NCBI RefSeq assembly: GCF_963515615.1
Contig: NZ_CAUPZT010000003.1
Span: 3,841 to 67,840 of the forward strand
Origin: an uncultured Granulicatella sp.
GTDB taxonomy: Bacteria; Bacillota; Bacilli; Lactobacillales; Aerococcaceae
Length of the DNA: 64,000 bases
Direction: 5' to 3'
This document shows positions 10,493 to 20,407 of this stretch, piece after piece. Position 1 is the stretch's first letter, and each line of letters starts with the position of its first letter. Both the position numbers and the translations under genes were made by a program. A model generated the notes under the pieces. That model saw only the letters and a program-made list of their open reading frames with translations, was not told the origin of the DNA and searched no databases.

Positions 10493-12934
10493 TTATGCTT
10501 GTTCTGGTTCTTCAGTTGGACGATCATGCCCTTGAGCAATCACACTTCTAGCACCTTGCACTTGTTCACGTTGTAAGTTTTGACGAATTTGAGATTTCAT
10601 CAAGATACGAGTCACATCATAATCAATAGCCGCAATCATTTGTTGGAAACGATTGAATCCTTCTGTTTGATACTCTGTTAATGGGTCGATTTGTGCATAT
10701 CCACGTAACCCTACACCCTCACGTAATTGATCCATATCATCGATATGATCTGTCCATTTACGGTCAACTACTCGTAAAATAACAACTTTTTCAAACTCAA
10801 GCATTTGAGAATCCCCATTTAATTGCTCTTGTTTTTCTTTGTAAATTTCCATTGCTTTTTCATTTAATAGACCTTCAATTTCTGATGGAGTTTTTCCTTT
10901 TAAGTCTGATAATGAAATTTCATCTGGATGACAAATTGCATTAGCTGCGAAATCTACTAAGCTTTCTAAATCCCAAGTTTTCTTTTCACCTAATGTATGA
11001 TTTTCTACCATACGGTGAATTGTTCTACGAATCATTGATTTTGTTACTTTTTCTAATGAATTTTCTTCATTAATAATTTGTAATCTTTGTGAATAAATGA
11101 TTTCACGTTGTTCACGCATCACTTCGTCATATTGTAATACGTTTTTACGTGTATCATAGTTATTTCCTTCTACACGTTTTTGAGAAGATTCTACTTGACG
11201 AGATAACATTTTACTTTGAATGAAATTGTCGTCTCCATTTTCGTCAATATTTAATCTTTCCCAGATTGCTTGCATTCTTTCTCCGCCGAAACGTTTCATT
11301 AAGTCATCTTCTAATGATAGGTAGAATTGCGTTGCACCTGGATCTCCTTGACGTCCAGAACGTCCACGTAACTGGTTATCAATACGACGGCTTTCATGAC
11401 GCTCTGTTCCGATAACGCATAAACCACCTAATTCTTTAACGCCTTTACCTAACTTAATGTCTGTTCCACGACCTGCCATGTTTGTGGCAATTGTAACAGC
11501 ACCACGTTGTCCGGCCATCATAACGATTTCTGCTTCTTTAAAGTGATTTTTAGCATTTAATACTTCATGAGGAATTCCTTCTTGATGTAGCATTTGTGAA
11601 ATTAACTCACTTGTTTCTACAGCTACTGTACCCACAAGAATGGGTTGTCCTTTTTCATGACGTTCTTTAATATCACGTACTACCGCTTTAAATTTGCTCT
11701 TCAATGATGGATAAATCACATCATGAGCATCAATACGTTGAACAGGACGGTTTGTTGGAATCGTAATAACGTTCATATTATAAATTTCACGGAATTCTTC
11801 TTCTTCCGTTTTAGCAGTCCCTGTCATACCTGATAATTTACGATACATACGGAAGAAGTTTTGGTAAGTAATTGTCGCCATTGTTTTAGATTCATTTTCA
11901 ACTTCTACACCTTCTTTTGCTTCAATCGCTTGGTGTAATCCATCTGAATAACGACGACCTTCCATAATACGACCTGTAAATCCATCTACGATTTTTACTT
12001 GTCCTTCATCTACTACATAATCGATATCTCGAATCATAATGTAATTCGCACGTAAAGCTTGATCAATATGATGAACTAATGCTGAATTGTCCACATCATA
12101 TAAGTTTGGTAAACGGAAAGTTTGTTCTGCTTTATTAATACCTTCGTCTGTTAATGAAATAGATTTCGAAGTTAAATCAATCGTATAGTCTTCATCTTCT
12201 TTCAATGCTTTAACGAAGAAATCTGCACGTTGATATAAAACGGTAGATTTTTCAGCTTGACCTGAAATAATCAATGGTGTACGAGCTTCGTCAATTAAAA
12301 TTGAGTCTGTTTCGTCAACTACCGCATAGTTTAATGGACGTTGTACCATTTGTGATTTGTAAACGACCATGTTATCACGTAAGTAGTCAAATCCTAACTC
12401 ACTATTTGTACTATAAGTAATATCTGCATAATAAGCAGCACGTTTTTCTTCTGGTGATTGTCCAGTTAAGTTTACACCTACACTTAATCCTAGGAAATTA
12501 TATAATTCTCCCATTTCTTTCGCGTCACGTGTAGATAAGTATTCATTAACGGTTACTACGTGTACACCATCACCTGAAAGTGCATTTAAATATACAGGCA
12601 TTGTCGCTGTTAATGTTTTACCTTCCCCTGTACGCATCTCCGCAATATTCCCATTATGTAGAGTGATACCTCCCATAATTTGAACTTTATAAGGGAATAA
12701 GCCTAAAACACGTTTAGCACCTTCACGTACTAAAGCGAATGCTTCTGGTAATAATTTATCTAATGATTCTCCTGAAGCATATCTTGCTTTGAATTCTTCT
12801 GTTTTTACTGGAAAGTCTGCATCACTTAATGCTTCCATTTTACTTTCCAAGCTAATTACTTTATCTGCTATTTTTTCAAGTTTACGAACTTCGCGTTTGT
12901 TATTTTCAACTAATTGCTTTAAAAAATTTGCCAT
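10493..12934 (-). CDS. secA: Preprotein translocase ATPase SecA
   Basis: 813 aa; MRTGEGKTL Walker A, DEAD-like [19 protein letters not shown], and the conserved motor, PPXD and HWD order. Confidence 0.95.
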   Translation of the reverse strand: MANFLKQLVENNKREVRKLEKIADKVISLESKMEALSDADFPVKTEEFKARYASGESLDKLLPEAFALVREGAKRVLGLFPYKVQIMGGITLHNGNIAEMRTGEGKTLTATMPVYLNALSGDGVHVVTVNEYLSTRDAKEMGELYNFLGLSVGVNLTGQSPEEKRAAYYADITYSTNSELGFDYLRDNMVVYKSQMVQRPLNYAVVDETDSILIDEARTPLIISGQAEKSTVLYQRADFFVKALKEDEDYTIDLTSKSISLTDEGINKAEQTFRLPNLYDVDNSALVHHIDQALRANYIMIRDIDYVVDEGQVKIVDGFTGRIMEGRRYSDGLHQAIEAKEGVEVENESKTMATITYQNFFRMYRKLSGMTGTAKTEEEEFREIYNMNVITIPTNRPVQRIDAHDVIYPSLKSKFKAVVRDIKERHEKGQPILVGTVAVETSELISQMLHQEGIPHEVLNAKNHFKEAEIVMMAGQRGAVTIATNMAGRGTDIKLGKGVKELGGLCVIGTERHESRRIDNQLRGRSGRQGDPGATQFYLSLEDDLMKRFGGERMQAIWERLNIDENGDDNFIQSKMLSRQVESSQKRVEGNNYDTRKNVLQYDEVMREQREIIYSQRLQIINEENSLEKVTKSMIRRTIHRMVENHTLGEKKTWDLESLVDFAANAICHPDEISLSDLKGKTPSEIEGLLNEKAMEIYKEKQEQLNGDSQMLEFEKVVILRVVDRKWTDHIDDMDQLREGVGLRGYAQIDPLTEYQTEGFNRFQQMIAAIDYDVTRILMKSQIRQNLQREQVQGARSVIAQGHDRPTEEPEQA

Positions 12935-13035
12935 TCTCTGACTCCTTTATATTTTTCTTTCTAAATCATCTATCTTGCAAATGAGTATACCAGTTGCATC
13001 TTATTCATTTTACCATCATTATTCAAAATAGAAAA

Positions 13036-13075
13036 GAAAAAAAGGCAGAGTTGGAAAATTTTTTCCAACTCTACC
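13036..13075 (-). terminator. Rho-independent terminator after hpf
   Basis: 15-bp stem GGTAGAGTTGGAAAA/TTTTCCAACTCTGCC followed by TTTTTT on the minus strand. Confidence 0.7.
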
Positions 13076-13088
13076 TTAAAGAAGGATT

Positions 13089-13637
13089 TTATGCATTTGT
13101 TTCAATTAAACCATATTTACCATCTTTACGACGATAAACAATATGTGTTTCATTTGTTTCTGCATCTTGGTAAATAAAGAAGTTATGACCTAACATATTC
13201 ATTTGTAAAACCGCTTCTTCACTATCCATTGGTTTTAAATCAACACGTTTGGTACGTACAATCTCTAATACTGATTCATCTTCTTCCACTGTTTCAGATA
13301 CAACAGGGGCAACAAGCACTTCAAATCCTTTTTCACGAGATTTACGATTAATTTTTGTTTTATGTTTACGAACTTGTCTTTCTAATTTATCAATCACTAA
13401 GTCAATACTACCATATAGGTCTCCAGAAGTTTCTTCTGCACGTAAGACTAAATAAGGAAGAGGAATTGTTACTTCAACTTTTGCAGTTTTTTCAGAATAT
13501 ACTTTCAAATTAACATGAACCGTTGCATTAGCAACATCTCCAAAGTATTTTTCTAATTTTGAAAGTTTCTTTTCAGCATAATTACGAATTGCTTCAGTAA
13601 CTTCAATATTTTCTCCGCGAATATTATATTTGAACAT
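13089..13637 (-). CDS. hpf: Ribosome hibernation promoting factor (long HPF)
   Basis: [32 protein letters not shown]... plus the C-terminal dimerisation domain. Start at ATG 13637 behind GGGGAG. Confidence 0.9.
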   Translation of the reverse strand: MFKYNIRGENIEVTEAIRNYAEKKLSKLEKYFGDVANATVHVNLKVYSEKTAKVEVTIPLPYLVLRAEETSGDLYGSIDLVIDKLERQVRKHKTKINRKSREKGFEVLVAPVVSETVEEDESVLEIVRTKRVDLKPMDSEEAVLQMNMLGHNFFIYQDAETNETHIVYRRKDGKYGLIETNA

Positions 13638-13967
13638 AATAATCTCCCCTTTCATCTGGCTATGCCAGACTGAAGAAATCTCTTAAGGACCACTCTTAAG
13701 AATCCCTTCTTTTGATTTCTTTCTATGATTTTATTATAAACCTTTTTCTTATTTTTTACAACCGTTTTCAATTAACTTTAGGAATTCCTAAACATTTTAT
13801 TAAAACTTTTTAATAAGTTGAATTTAATCTAATTTTATTTGTTAACTTTTTCTCAATATTCATTATTTTTCCGATTTTAACAAACAAAAAGCTTATCCGT
13901 TTCATTGACAGAAACCGTTTACAGTAGTACAGTTAATATATCTTATAACACAAAGGAGTGTTGTTTT

Positions 13968-15062
13968 ATGGAAAAAGTTTTTGCAAGTCCATCTCGTTAT
14001 GTTCAAGGAAAAGATGTTTTTAAAACAGGTCTTTCCCATGTTTTAGCGTTAGGGAATCGACTACTTCTTCTATGTGACCCAATTGTTTATGATTTAGTCG
14101 GAAAAGAATTAGAAGAAAATTTAGTTGCTGCTGGAGCAACTGTTTATCATGAAAGTTTCAATGGTGAAGCTTCGAACAAAGAGGTTAGTCGTGTAGCTGA
14201 AATCGCTAAAGAACATGAATTAACAGTTATTGTCGGTTTAGGTGGTGGTAAAACAATCGACACTGCTAAAGCAATCTCAGATGACTGTCAATGTCCTGTA
14301 GCTATTTTACCAACAGTTGCTTCTACAGATGCACCAACTTCTGCTTTATCTGTTATTTATTCTCCAGAGGGTGTATTTGAACGCTATCGTTTCTATACTA
14401 AAAATCCAGAATTAGTTTTAATTGATACAAATGTTATCGCTCACTCTCCTGTTCGTTTACTTGTTTCAGGAATTGCAGATGCTCTTGCTACTTGGGTTGA
14501 AGCTCGTGCAGTAATCGAAGCTCAAGGAAAAACAATGGTAGGAGATACTCCAACCATCGCTTCAGAAGCTATTGCTCGTGCTTGCGAAGCTACTTTATTT
14601 GAAAACGGACTTCAAGCATTAGCTGCAGCCAATGCAAAAGTAGTAACTCCTGCATTAGAAAAAGTTGTTGAAGCAAACACATTATTAAGTGGTATTGGAT
14701 TTGAATCTGCTGGTTTAGCAGCTGCTCACGCCATCCACAATGGATTTACAGCTTTACATGGCGATATTCACACTCTTACTCACGGTGAAAAAGTAGCTTA
14801 TGGTACATTAACACAACTTTTATTAGAAAACCGTCCTAAAGAAGAATTAGATAAATATATTACATTCTATAAAGAATTAGGCTTACCAACGACATTAAAA
14901 GAAGTAAAATTAGATACTGTACCTTATGAAGATTTACTAAAAATCGGTCGTTTAGCTACACAAGATGGCGAAACAATCCATCAAATGGTGGTTCAATATA
15001 CTGCTGAAGATGTAGCCAATGCTCTAATCGCTCTTGATCAGTACGTGACAACTCGATTTTAA
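13968..15062 (+). CDS. gldA: Glycerol dehydrogenase (iron-containing ADH family)
   Basis: MEKVFASPSRYVQGKD..., GLGGGKTIDTAKA and the His-rich metal site AAAHAIHNG...HGEKVA. Start at ATG 13968 behind AAGGAG. Confidence 0.85.
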   Translation: MEKVFASPSRYVQGKDVFKTGLSHVLALGNRLLLLCDPIVYDLVGKELEENLVAAGATVYHESFNGEASNKEVSRVAEIAKEHELTVIVGLGGGKTIDTAKAISDDCQCPVAILPTVASTDAPTSALSVIYSPEGVFERYRFYTKNPELVLIDTNVIAHSPVRLLVSGIADALATWVEARAVIEAQGKTMVGDTPTIASEAIARACEATLFENGLQALAAANAKVVTPALEKVVEANTLLSGIGFESAGLAAAHAIHNGFTALHGDIHTLTHGEKVAYGTLTQLLLENRPKEELDKYITFYKELGLPTTLKEVKLDTVPYEDLLKIGRLATQDGETIHQMVVQYTAEDVANALIALDQYVTTRF

Positions 15063-15097
15063 TTTTTGAGGAATACACTCTTTCAAAAATCATTTCA

Positions 15098-15135
15098 ATC
15101 AGCTCAAGCAGATATCTGCTTCTGCTGATTTTTTA
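15098..15135 (+). terminator. Rho-independent terminator after gldA
   Basis: ATCAGC..AGCAGATATCTGCT..GCTGAT followed by TTTTTT. Confidence 0.65.
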
Positions 15136-15250
15136 GTTATTTCCTAAATAATTCATAGTCCCTATATAAATTTTCATCAAACATAGTATAATATAGGTGA
15201 AAAATGCGTCACACTATATCGTAATCAATAAAATTGAACGGAGGGTTATT

Positions 15251-15630
15251 ATGTTAAAAAGAATCATTGCTTCTACTACTTTGTTGTTATATCTATTATT
15301 ACCTTTTTTCAATATTCAAATGATGAACATATTTTATCCTAACTTTTAAGAGCTAATCATACTGCTCTTTTAGGAATATCCATTTTATTTATCCTGAATA
15401 TCGTATTAACAATGTTAGTCATTACTCTATCAATCAAAACTAACCTACTGGAATCTCGTATGATAATTGTTGGAATCTATCTTTTTATTGGATTACTCCT
15501 TCTTATTTTGATTATTGGTATTCCAAAAATTTTACAAACTTATATTTTTACCCAATTGATTACATCCCTTTTTTCATTCGCTTTTGTTTTTGGGGTAGTT
15601 ATTTCTTTAACTGTTTTATCAAAATTTTAA
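15251..15630 (+). CDS. Small hydrophobic membrane protein, apparently split by a frameshift near 15340
   Basis: ATG 15251 behind GGAGGG gives 32 hydrophobic aa then TAA. Another frame stays open from 15343 (LLRANHTALLGISILFILNIVLT) into the 72-aa ORF 15412-15630. Confidence 0.3.
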
Positions 15631-15651
15631 ACAGTATCTATATTTAAATTT

Positions 15652-15691
15652 AAAAGGAATTAAGTAACTTTAAATGACTTAATTCCTTTTT
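15652..15691. terminator. Bidirectional hairpin between the convergent small membrane ORF and comFC
   Basis: AAAAGGAATTAAGT...ACTTAATTCCTTTT with A and T runs on both sides. Confidence 0.6.
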
Positions 15692-15702
15692 GTTTTCTCC
15701 TG

Positions 15703-16386
15703 TTATCGAAATACCGTAAACAATTTAACATCCTCTATCCCTTTTTCCTGCAATAACTTTACAGCTAGTCGAATCGTTTTCCCAGTCGTATAAATATCAT
15801 CAAACAGTAAAACTTTATCCGGCAAGTTTACCTCTTCTTTCAATACAAAGGGTTGTTGCAATTGCATTCTCTCTTCTCTCGTCTTTTCAGATTGTTTTTT
15901 CCCTTTTCCAATATGGTAAAGGAATTGCTGATACGGAATTTTCGATAGTTCTAGAAAGTACTCAACCGATTCAAACTCTCTTTTTTCTAAACTTTGTTTA
16001 GAAGTGGGTAGTGGACAAATCGTATATCCTTGTTTGAGATATGTTTTTAACGCCCTTTTCAAATCTTCTTGGATTAAAAAAGCTACAGCACAGTCTCCCG
16101 TGAATTTATATCGTTCCATAAATTCTTTTGCCTGTTCATCATACACATATAATGCTTGATTCTTAGGGAAATAAGACTCCATCTCTTTCCAACGAACGCA
16201 GTCATAACAGAGTGCCGCTTCCTCCATTAAACGACCACATCCCGGACAAGTAGGTTCCTTTTCCAATGAGTGGAATAATTTTTGACACTGACGACAAATC
16301 GGTCTTGAATTCCACATGAATAAAGAACTAATTCCTGAATCTGCTGTTACATCATTTCCACACCATACACAACGCATTTTAGTCAC
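15703..16386 (-). CDS. comFC: Competence protein ComFC (phosphoribosyltransferase-like)
   Basis: N-terminal CxxC zinc ribbons plus the PRTase motif VLLFDDIYTTGKT; overlaps comFA by 8 nt. Confidence 0.85.
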   Translation of the reverse strand: MTKMRCVWCGNDVTADSGISSLFMWNSRPICRQCQKLFHSLEKEPTCPGCGRLMEEAALCYDCVRWKEMESYFPKNQALYVYDEQAKEFMERYKFTGDCAVAFLIQEDLKRALKTYLKQGYTICPLPTSKQSLEKREFESVEYFLELSKIPYQQFLYHIGKGKKQSEKTREERMQLQQPFVLKEEVNLPDKVLLFDDIYTTGKTIRLAVKLLQEKGIEDVKLFTVFR

Positions 16387-17719
16387 CTTCTATTAATCCT
16401 CTTTTTCTAGCTTCTTCATTCAATGATTCAATTTCTTTTTTAGCTTGTTTCATTGCTCGACTCATTCCTTCATAAAAATAGACAACTTCTCCCCCTGGAT
16501 GATCTACACTTCTACCTACTCTTCCTGCAATTTGTACTAACACTTCCCTTGTAAAAATCTCTTCTTGAGCCTCTGTTACAGCTACATCAATTCCATAAAA
16601 AGTAACTCCTCTCTCAAGAATCGTTGTTGTAATTAGAAAATCTAACTTTCCATCTCTCATTTGTTGTATTCTTTCTTGTCGCTGATCCTCTTGAGAGGAA
16701 ACACTGGAAAAACTTGCATTCGAAAAAGCTCGACTCATCATCTCTTCCACTGCACAAATTTGCCCAATCGTTGACACAAATATTAAAAACGGAGTTTTTT
16801 CATCTAGTCGCTTCTTCATCCAGAGATACAACTCTTGTGGAATTTTTTTCTTTTCTAAAGCGCTATTCCAATTTCGTAATTCCTTAAACAGAGGTACAAC
16901 AAGAGGATGCCGATGGAATCTTGCTGGTAATAAAGAGTACGATAGTTGATGATGTTGAATTTTGTACAATTCCAACTTTGAAGGTGTTGCTGTCATAAAG
17001 ACTAACCTTCCTACAGGCTTAACCGCACGATGGACAGCAAATTGTAACATGTCACTATTCGAGTAAGGAAAGGCATCTACTTCATCTACAATTAGTACAT
17101 CAAATGCATAATAAAATCGTAGCATTTGATGAGTCGTGGCAATAGTAATGGGGGTTCTTTTATAACTTTCATCCGTTAATCCATGTAAAACAGTCACCTC
17201 TTCTAAAGGAAAGGCTTCTTTAATTCTGGGAGCTACTTCGTTACAAACATCAATTCTTGGAGCTGCTAATCCAACTCTTCCTCCCTTTTCTAATACTGTT
17301 CGAATTAATTCAAAAATCATTTCAGTCTTTCCTGCTCCAGTAACTGCCCATACTAAATGTTCCTTATCCGTTACCTCTACTAATTCTTTTGATAATTTTT
17401 CCTGTTCTTTAGACATCGTATGCTTGTAATATAACTGAACGGAATGCGGTGGAAATGCCGGAGTTTGCTCCTCAACAGCTACTAGTACACAACATTCTTT
17501 TACTTTCCCCATATTTAAACATCTCAAACAATAATGGCAATTTTTCTGGCAAATGATACAAGGTCCCACCGCAAACTCTTCAACATTTTGATTGCCACAA
17601 CGATTACAAACAAATTTTCCACTTCCCTTATAAAATCCAGGCAATACTTCTCCCATTTGTTCTAATATAGAATCTCTTTGCGATTGAAACTTTACTTGAA
17701 TTCTTCCCTGTTCTTCCAT
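16379..17719 (-). CDS. comFA: Competence helicase/translocase ComFA
   Basis: N-terminal Cys-rich zinc fingers, Walker A AVTGAGKTE, DEAD-like LIVDEVDAF, and C-terminal helicase motifs QIAGRVGR. Confidence 0.9.
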   Translation of the reverse strand: MEEQGRIQVKFQSQRDSILEQMGEVLPGFYKGSGKFVCNRCGNQNVEEFAVGPCIICQKNCHYCLRCLNMGKVKECCVLVAVEEQTPAFPPHSVQLYYKHTMSKEQEKLSKELVEVTDKEHLVWAVTGAGKTEMIFELIRTVLEKGGRVGLAAPRIDVCNEVAPRIKEAFPLEEVTVLHGLTDESYKRTPITIATTHQMLRFYYAFDVLIVDEVDAFPYSNSDMLQFAVHRAVKPVGRLVFMTATPSKLELYKIQHHQLSYSLLPARFHRHPLVVPLFKELRNWNSALEKKKIPQELYLWMKKRLDEKTPFLIFVSTIGQICAVEEMMSRAFSNASFSSVSSQEDQRQERIQQMRDGKLDFLITTTILERGVTFYGIDVAVTEAQEEIFTREVLVQIAGRVGRSVDHPGGEVVYFYEGMSRAMKQAKKEIESLNEEARKRGLIEGD

Positions 17720-17730
17720 AGAACACCTCC

Positions 17731-17752
17731 TAATCTATATATACGAAAAAAG
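17731..17752 (-). promoter_or_regulatory. Candidate competence promoter box upstream of comFA
   Basis: Sense strand CTTTTTTCGTATATATAGATTAGGAGGTGTTCTATG. Its T-tract is also the U-tract of the oppA terminator. Confidence 0.55.
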
Positions 17753-17773
17753 CAGCGAAAAAATTCGCTGCTT
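17745..17773 (-). terminator. Rho-independent terminator after oppA
   Basis: AAGCAGCGAA/TTCGCTGCTT stem followed by TTTTTT on the minus strand. Confidence 0.7.
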
Positions 17774-17804
17774 AAAAAATTTTATACTATTTTTTTAATG
17801 AAGC

Positions 17805-19592
17805 TTATTTAGCAGCGACACCTTTATCCGCTACTAATTCTACTTCTTCCCAACCAGTTCCGTTTTCAACTGTAATATTCATTTTCTTCACACGTTTATT
17901 AACAGCTGTTAATTCAAATGTATTGAAACGAGGAATTGCAAATGGGTTTTCTTGAACGTATTGTTGCCATTCTAAGAATAATTGTTTTTTAACTTTTTCA
18001 TCGAATGTTTCGTCAGATGAAATACGTTGTAATAATGCTGTATGTTTTGGTTCTACAAAGTGACCAAAGTTGAAGGCAGCTTTTGGTCCATATAATCCAT
18101 CTGGAGATGGGTTAAATCCAATTGTAAATCCTCCAGTCCACATATCAAAGTCATCAGCATATTTTTGTAATTTTTCTGCATAAGTTTGGAAGTCTAATGT
18201 ACGACCATTTAATAATTGTACATTTAATCCAACTTCTTTCCACCATGTAATGTATTGTTGTAATACTGCTTCAGCAGTTTCACTACCTTTAGCTGCTAAG
18301 AAGTTAATCACTAATGGTTTTCCTTCTTTATCTTCTACAAATCCATCGCCATCAACATCTTTATAGCCAGCTTCTTTTAAGATTTCTTTAGCTTTTTCAG
18401 GGTTGTAGTCGAATCCTGGAACGACATCTTTACCTACATATAAGTCTTTGAAGAATGGAGATAATAATGTATTGGCACGAACAGATAAGCCGTGATAAGT
18501 ATCTTTCGCTACTGAATCATTGTCGATTGCATATCCAATTGCTTTACGTAAAGCCACATCATTCATTTTCTTAGAAGGATCTACTACGTGTTCCCCTTTA
18601 GCTGCATCCCAATGTCCTACATTAAAACCAGTATAGCTAATTTGGTTTGTCATTAATCCTAATAATGAAATATTATCTAAATCTTTGAATGTTTCGTATT
18701 GATCAGAAGGCATACCACTTACAAAATCATAGTGACCTGCTTTTAATTCTGAAACAATTTGCTCACTACTTACAACATCTAATTTTAAGTCAATTTTTGG
18801 TTGACCTTTATAGTAATAAGGGTTTTTCTCAAAGCTTACAGATTCACCTGGTACGATGTTTTTGATAACGAATGGTCCACTACCAACTACTTTTGTACGA
18901 GAGTAATCTGATGTAATCATTTCTTGATAAGTCATATCTTTATAAATATGTTTTGGAATCATTAAAGTATTGACAGCTTCTCCACCATACTCTAACGCTG
19001 GATAAACTTCTTTTAAGTGAAGTTTAACAGTTTGATCATCAACTTTTTCTAAACCTGAAATAGATGATGCTTTGCCTTCGTGGAATTCTTCTACTCCTTC
19101 AACATTTAAAATATCTTCAGAGAAACGAACTCCTTCATAATCTGAACGGCTTAATACTTCATATGTGAAAATGTAGTCATCAATTGTTAAAGGTTGTCCA
19201 TCTGACCATTTATAATCTCCCTTTTTCAAATGGATTGTAAAAATTTTATTTTCACGGTCTAACTTATACTCAGCCATCCCTTTGCTATTGTCAATTTTTT
19301 GATTTCCATCATATCCAAATAAATTAGTGAAAGCCAAATTAACAATATCTCCATCACCAGAGTCGATATATAAAATAGGGTTAAATAATCCTTTAAATGG
19401 TGAGTTTGATACTTGTGCATAATTTAGTGTCCCACCACTAATTGCATTACCATCATTTACCACCTCTGTTTTAAATCCGTCTTCAACAGGAGCCTGTACT
19501 GATGAAGAAGATTGTTGTTTGTTACCACATGCTGCTAATGCTAGCGCAGCAGTAACGCTAAGAAATCCTGTATATAATTTCTTGTTTTTCAT
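17805..19592 (-). CDS. oppA: Oligopeptide ABC transporter substrate-binding lipoprotein
   Basis: Signal peptide with lipobox LALAACGN; 595-aa family-5 SBP-like sequence; adjacent to oppBCDF. Confidence 0.85.
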   Translation of the reverse strand: MKNKKLYTGFLSVTAALALAACGNKQQSSSSVQAPVEDGFKTEVVNDGNAISGGTLNYAQVSNSPFKGLFNPILYIDSGDGDIVNLAFTNLFGYDGNQKIDNSKGMAEYKLDRENKIFTIHLKKGDYKWSDGQPLTIDDYIFTYEVLSRSDYEGVRFSEDILNVEGVEEFHEGKASSISGLEKVDDQTVKLHLKEVYPALEYGGEAVNTLMIPKHIYKDMTYQEMITSDYSRTKVVGSGPFVIKNIVPGESVSFEKNPYYYKGQPKIDLKLDVVSSEQIVSELKAGHYDFVSGMPSDQYETFKDLDNISLLGLMTNQISYTGFNVGHWDAAKGEHVVDPSKKMNDVALRKAIGYAIDNDSVAKDTYHGLSVRANTLLSPFFKDLYVGKDVVPGFDYNPEKAKEILKEAGYKDVDGDGFVEDKEGKPLVINFLAAKGSETAEAVLQQYITWWKEVGLNVQLLNGRTLDFQTYAEKLQKYADDFDMWTGGFTIGFNPSPDGLYGPKAAFNFGHFVEPKHTALLQRISSDETFDEKVKKQLFLEWQQYVQENPFAIPRFNTFELTAVNKRVKKMNITVENGTGWEEVELVADKGVAAK

Positions 19593-19835
19593 ATTATCCC
19601 TCCTAAGTTTTAAAAAAACTAATGAATGTCAAGATAGTAACAAAGTTTAGAAGTCATTTCAATGTTTATTGCAATTTCTAATAGATATTTCATCATTTTT
19701 TAATATTGAAAACATATCTATATATTATGATTATAACCTTTTATAGTTATAGATAATTTTTATAACGATAAAATTTACAAAAATTATGGTACACTTTATT
19801 GACTCTTCTACTCATTTTTTAATTTTAAACAACAA

Positions 19836-19921
19836 AAAAGACTTTTCGCTATAGCATAACAGGAAAATCACTTTTGCAAAACTGCTTGCATCCTTTACTA
19901 TTATAGAAAAGTTACTTTTTT
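19836..19921 (+). repeat. Nested-hairpin repeat, copy 2 (short form)
   Basis: AAAAGACTTTTCGCTATAGCA..ACAGGAAAATCACTTTTGC..CTGCTTGCATCC..TACTATTATAGAAAAGTTACTTTT. Confidence 0.75.
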
Positions 19922-19951
19922 TCGTACTCTCATAAACACCTATCCAATAAG

Positions 19952-20034
19952 AAAAGACTTTTCGCTATAGCATGACAGGAAAATCGCTTTTGCGTGGTTG
20001 CTTGCGTCCTCTGCTATTTTAGAAAAGTCTTTTC
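19952..20034 (+). repeat. Nested-hairpin repeat, copy 3 (short form, tandem to copy 2)
   Basis: AAAAGACTTTTCGCTATAGCA..ACAGGAAAATCGCTTTTGCG..TTGCTTGCGTCCTCTGCTATTTTAGAAAAGTCTTTTC. Confidence 0.75.
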
Positions 20035-20043
20035 GTAACCTTA

Positions 20044-20286
20044 TTACGCTTGTTGACTAACAATATAGTTTACAGCATCTCCAATTGTAACAATTTGTTC
20101 AGCATCTTCATCAGAAATCTGAATACCGAATGCATCTTCTAATTCCATGACTAATTCAACAACATCTAATGAATCAGCACCTAAGTCTTCTTGGAATGTT
20201 GTATCTTTTGTAATTTTTAATACATCGACACTAAAACGTTCCGAGATTAACTGAATTACTTTGTCTAATACTTCTTGCTCTGACAT
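20044..20286 (-). CDS. acpP: Acyl carrier protein
   Basis: 80 aa with the phosphopantetheine attachment motif [16 protein letters not shown]. Confidence 0.85.
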   Translation of the reverse strand: MSEQEVLDKVIQLISERFSVDVLKITKDTTFQEDLGADSLDVVELVMELEDAFGIQISDEDAEQIVTIGDAVNYIVSQQA

Positions 20287-20407
20287 TTGTTATCCTCCTT
20301 GTCTAAGCGATTTCTCCCTACACTCCTAAACGGTTATACTCTTATTTTACTTAAATTTGTCTTTATTGTCTATCATTTCTTTTGAAAGCACTTTATTTTA
20401 TATAGTA

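Noticed and set aside
19914-19935. CTTTTTTTCGTACTCTCATAAAC on the plus strand as a sixth competence box.
   Set aside because: The core is CGTACTC, not CGTAT(A/C)TATA. It is the T-rich end of a repeat copy, and no plus-strand gene follows.
19836-20034. The two adjacent ~85-bp repeats between acpP and oppA as a CRISPR array.
   Set aside because: There are only two units, each an internally palindromic member of the dispersed repeat family. There is no regular repeat-spacer periodicity and there are no cas genes.
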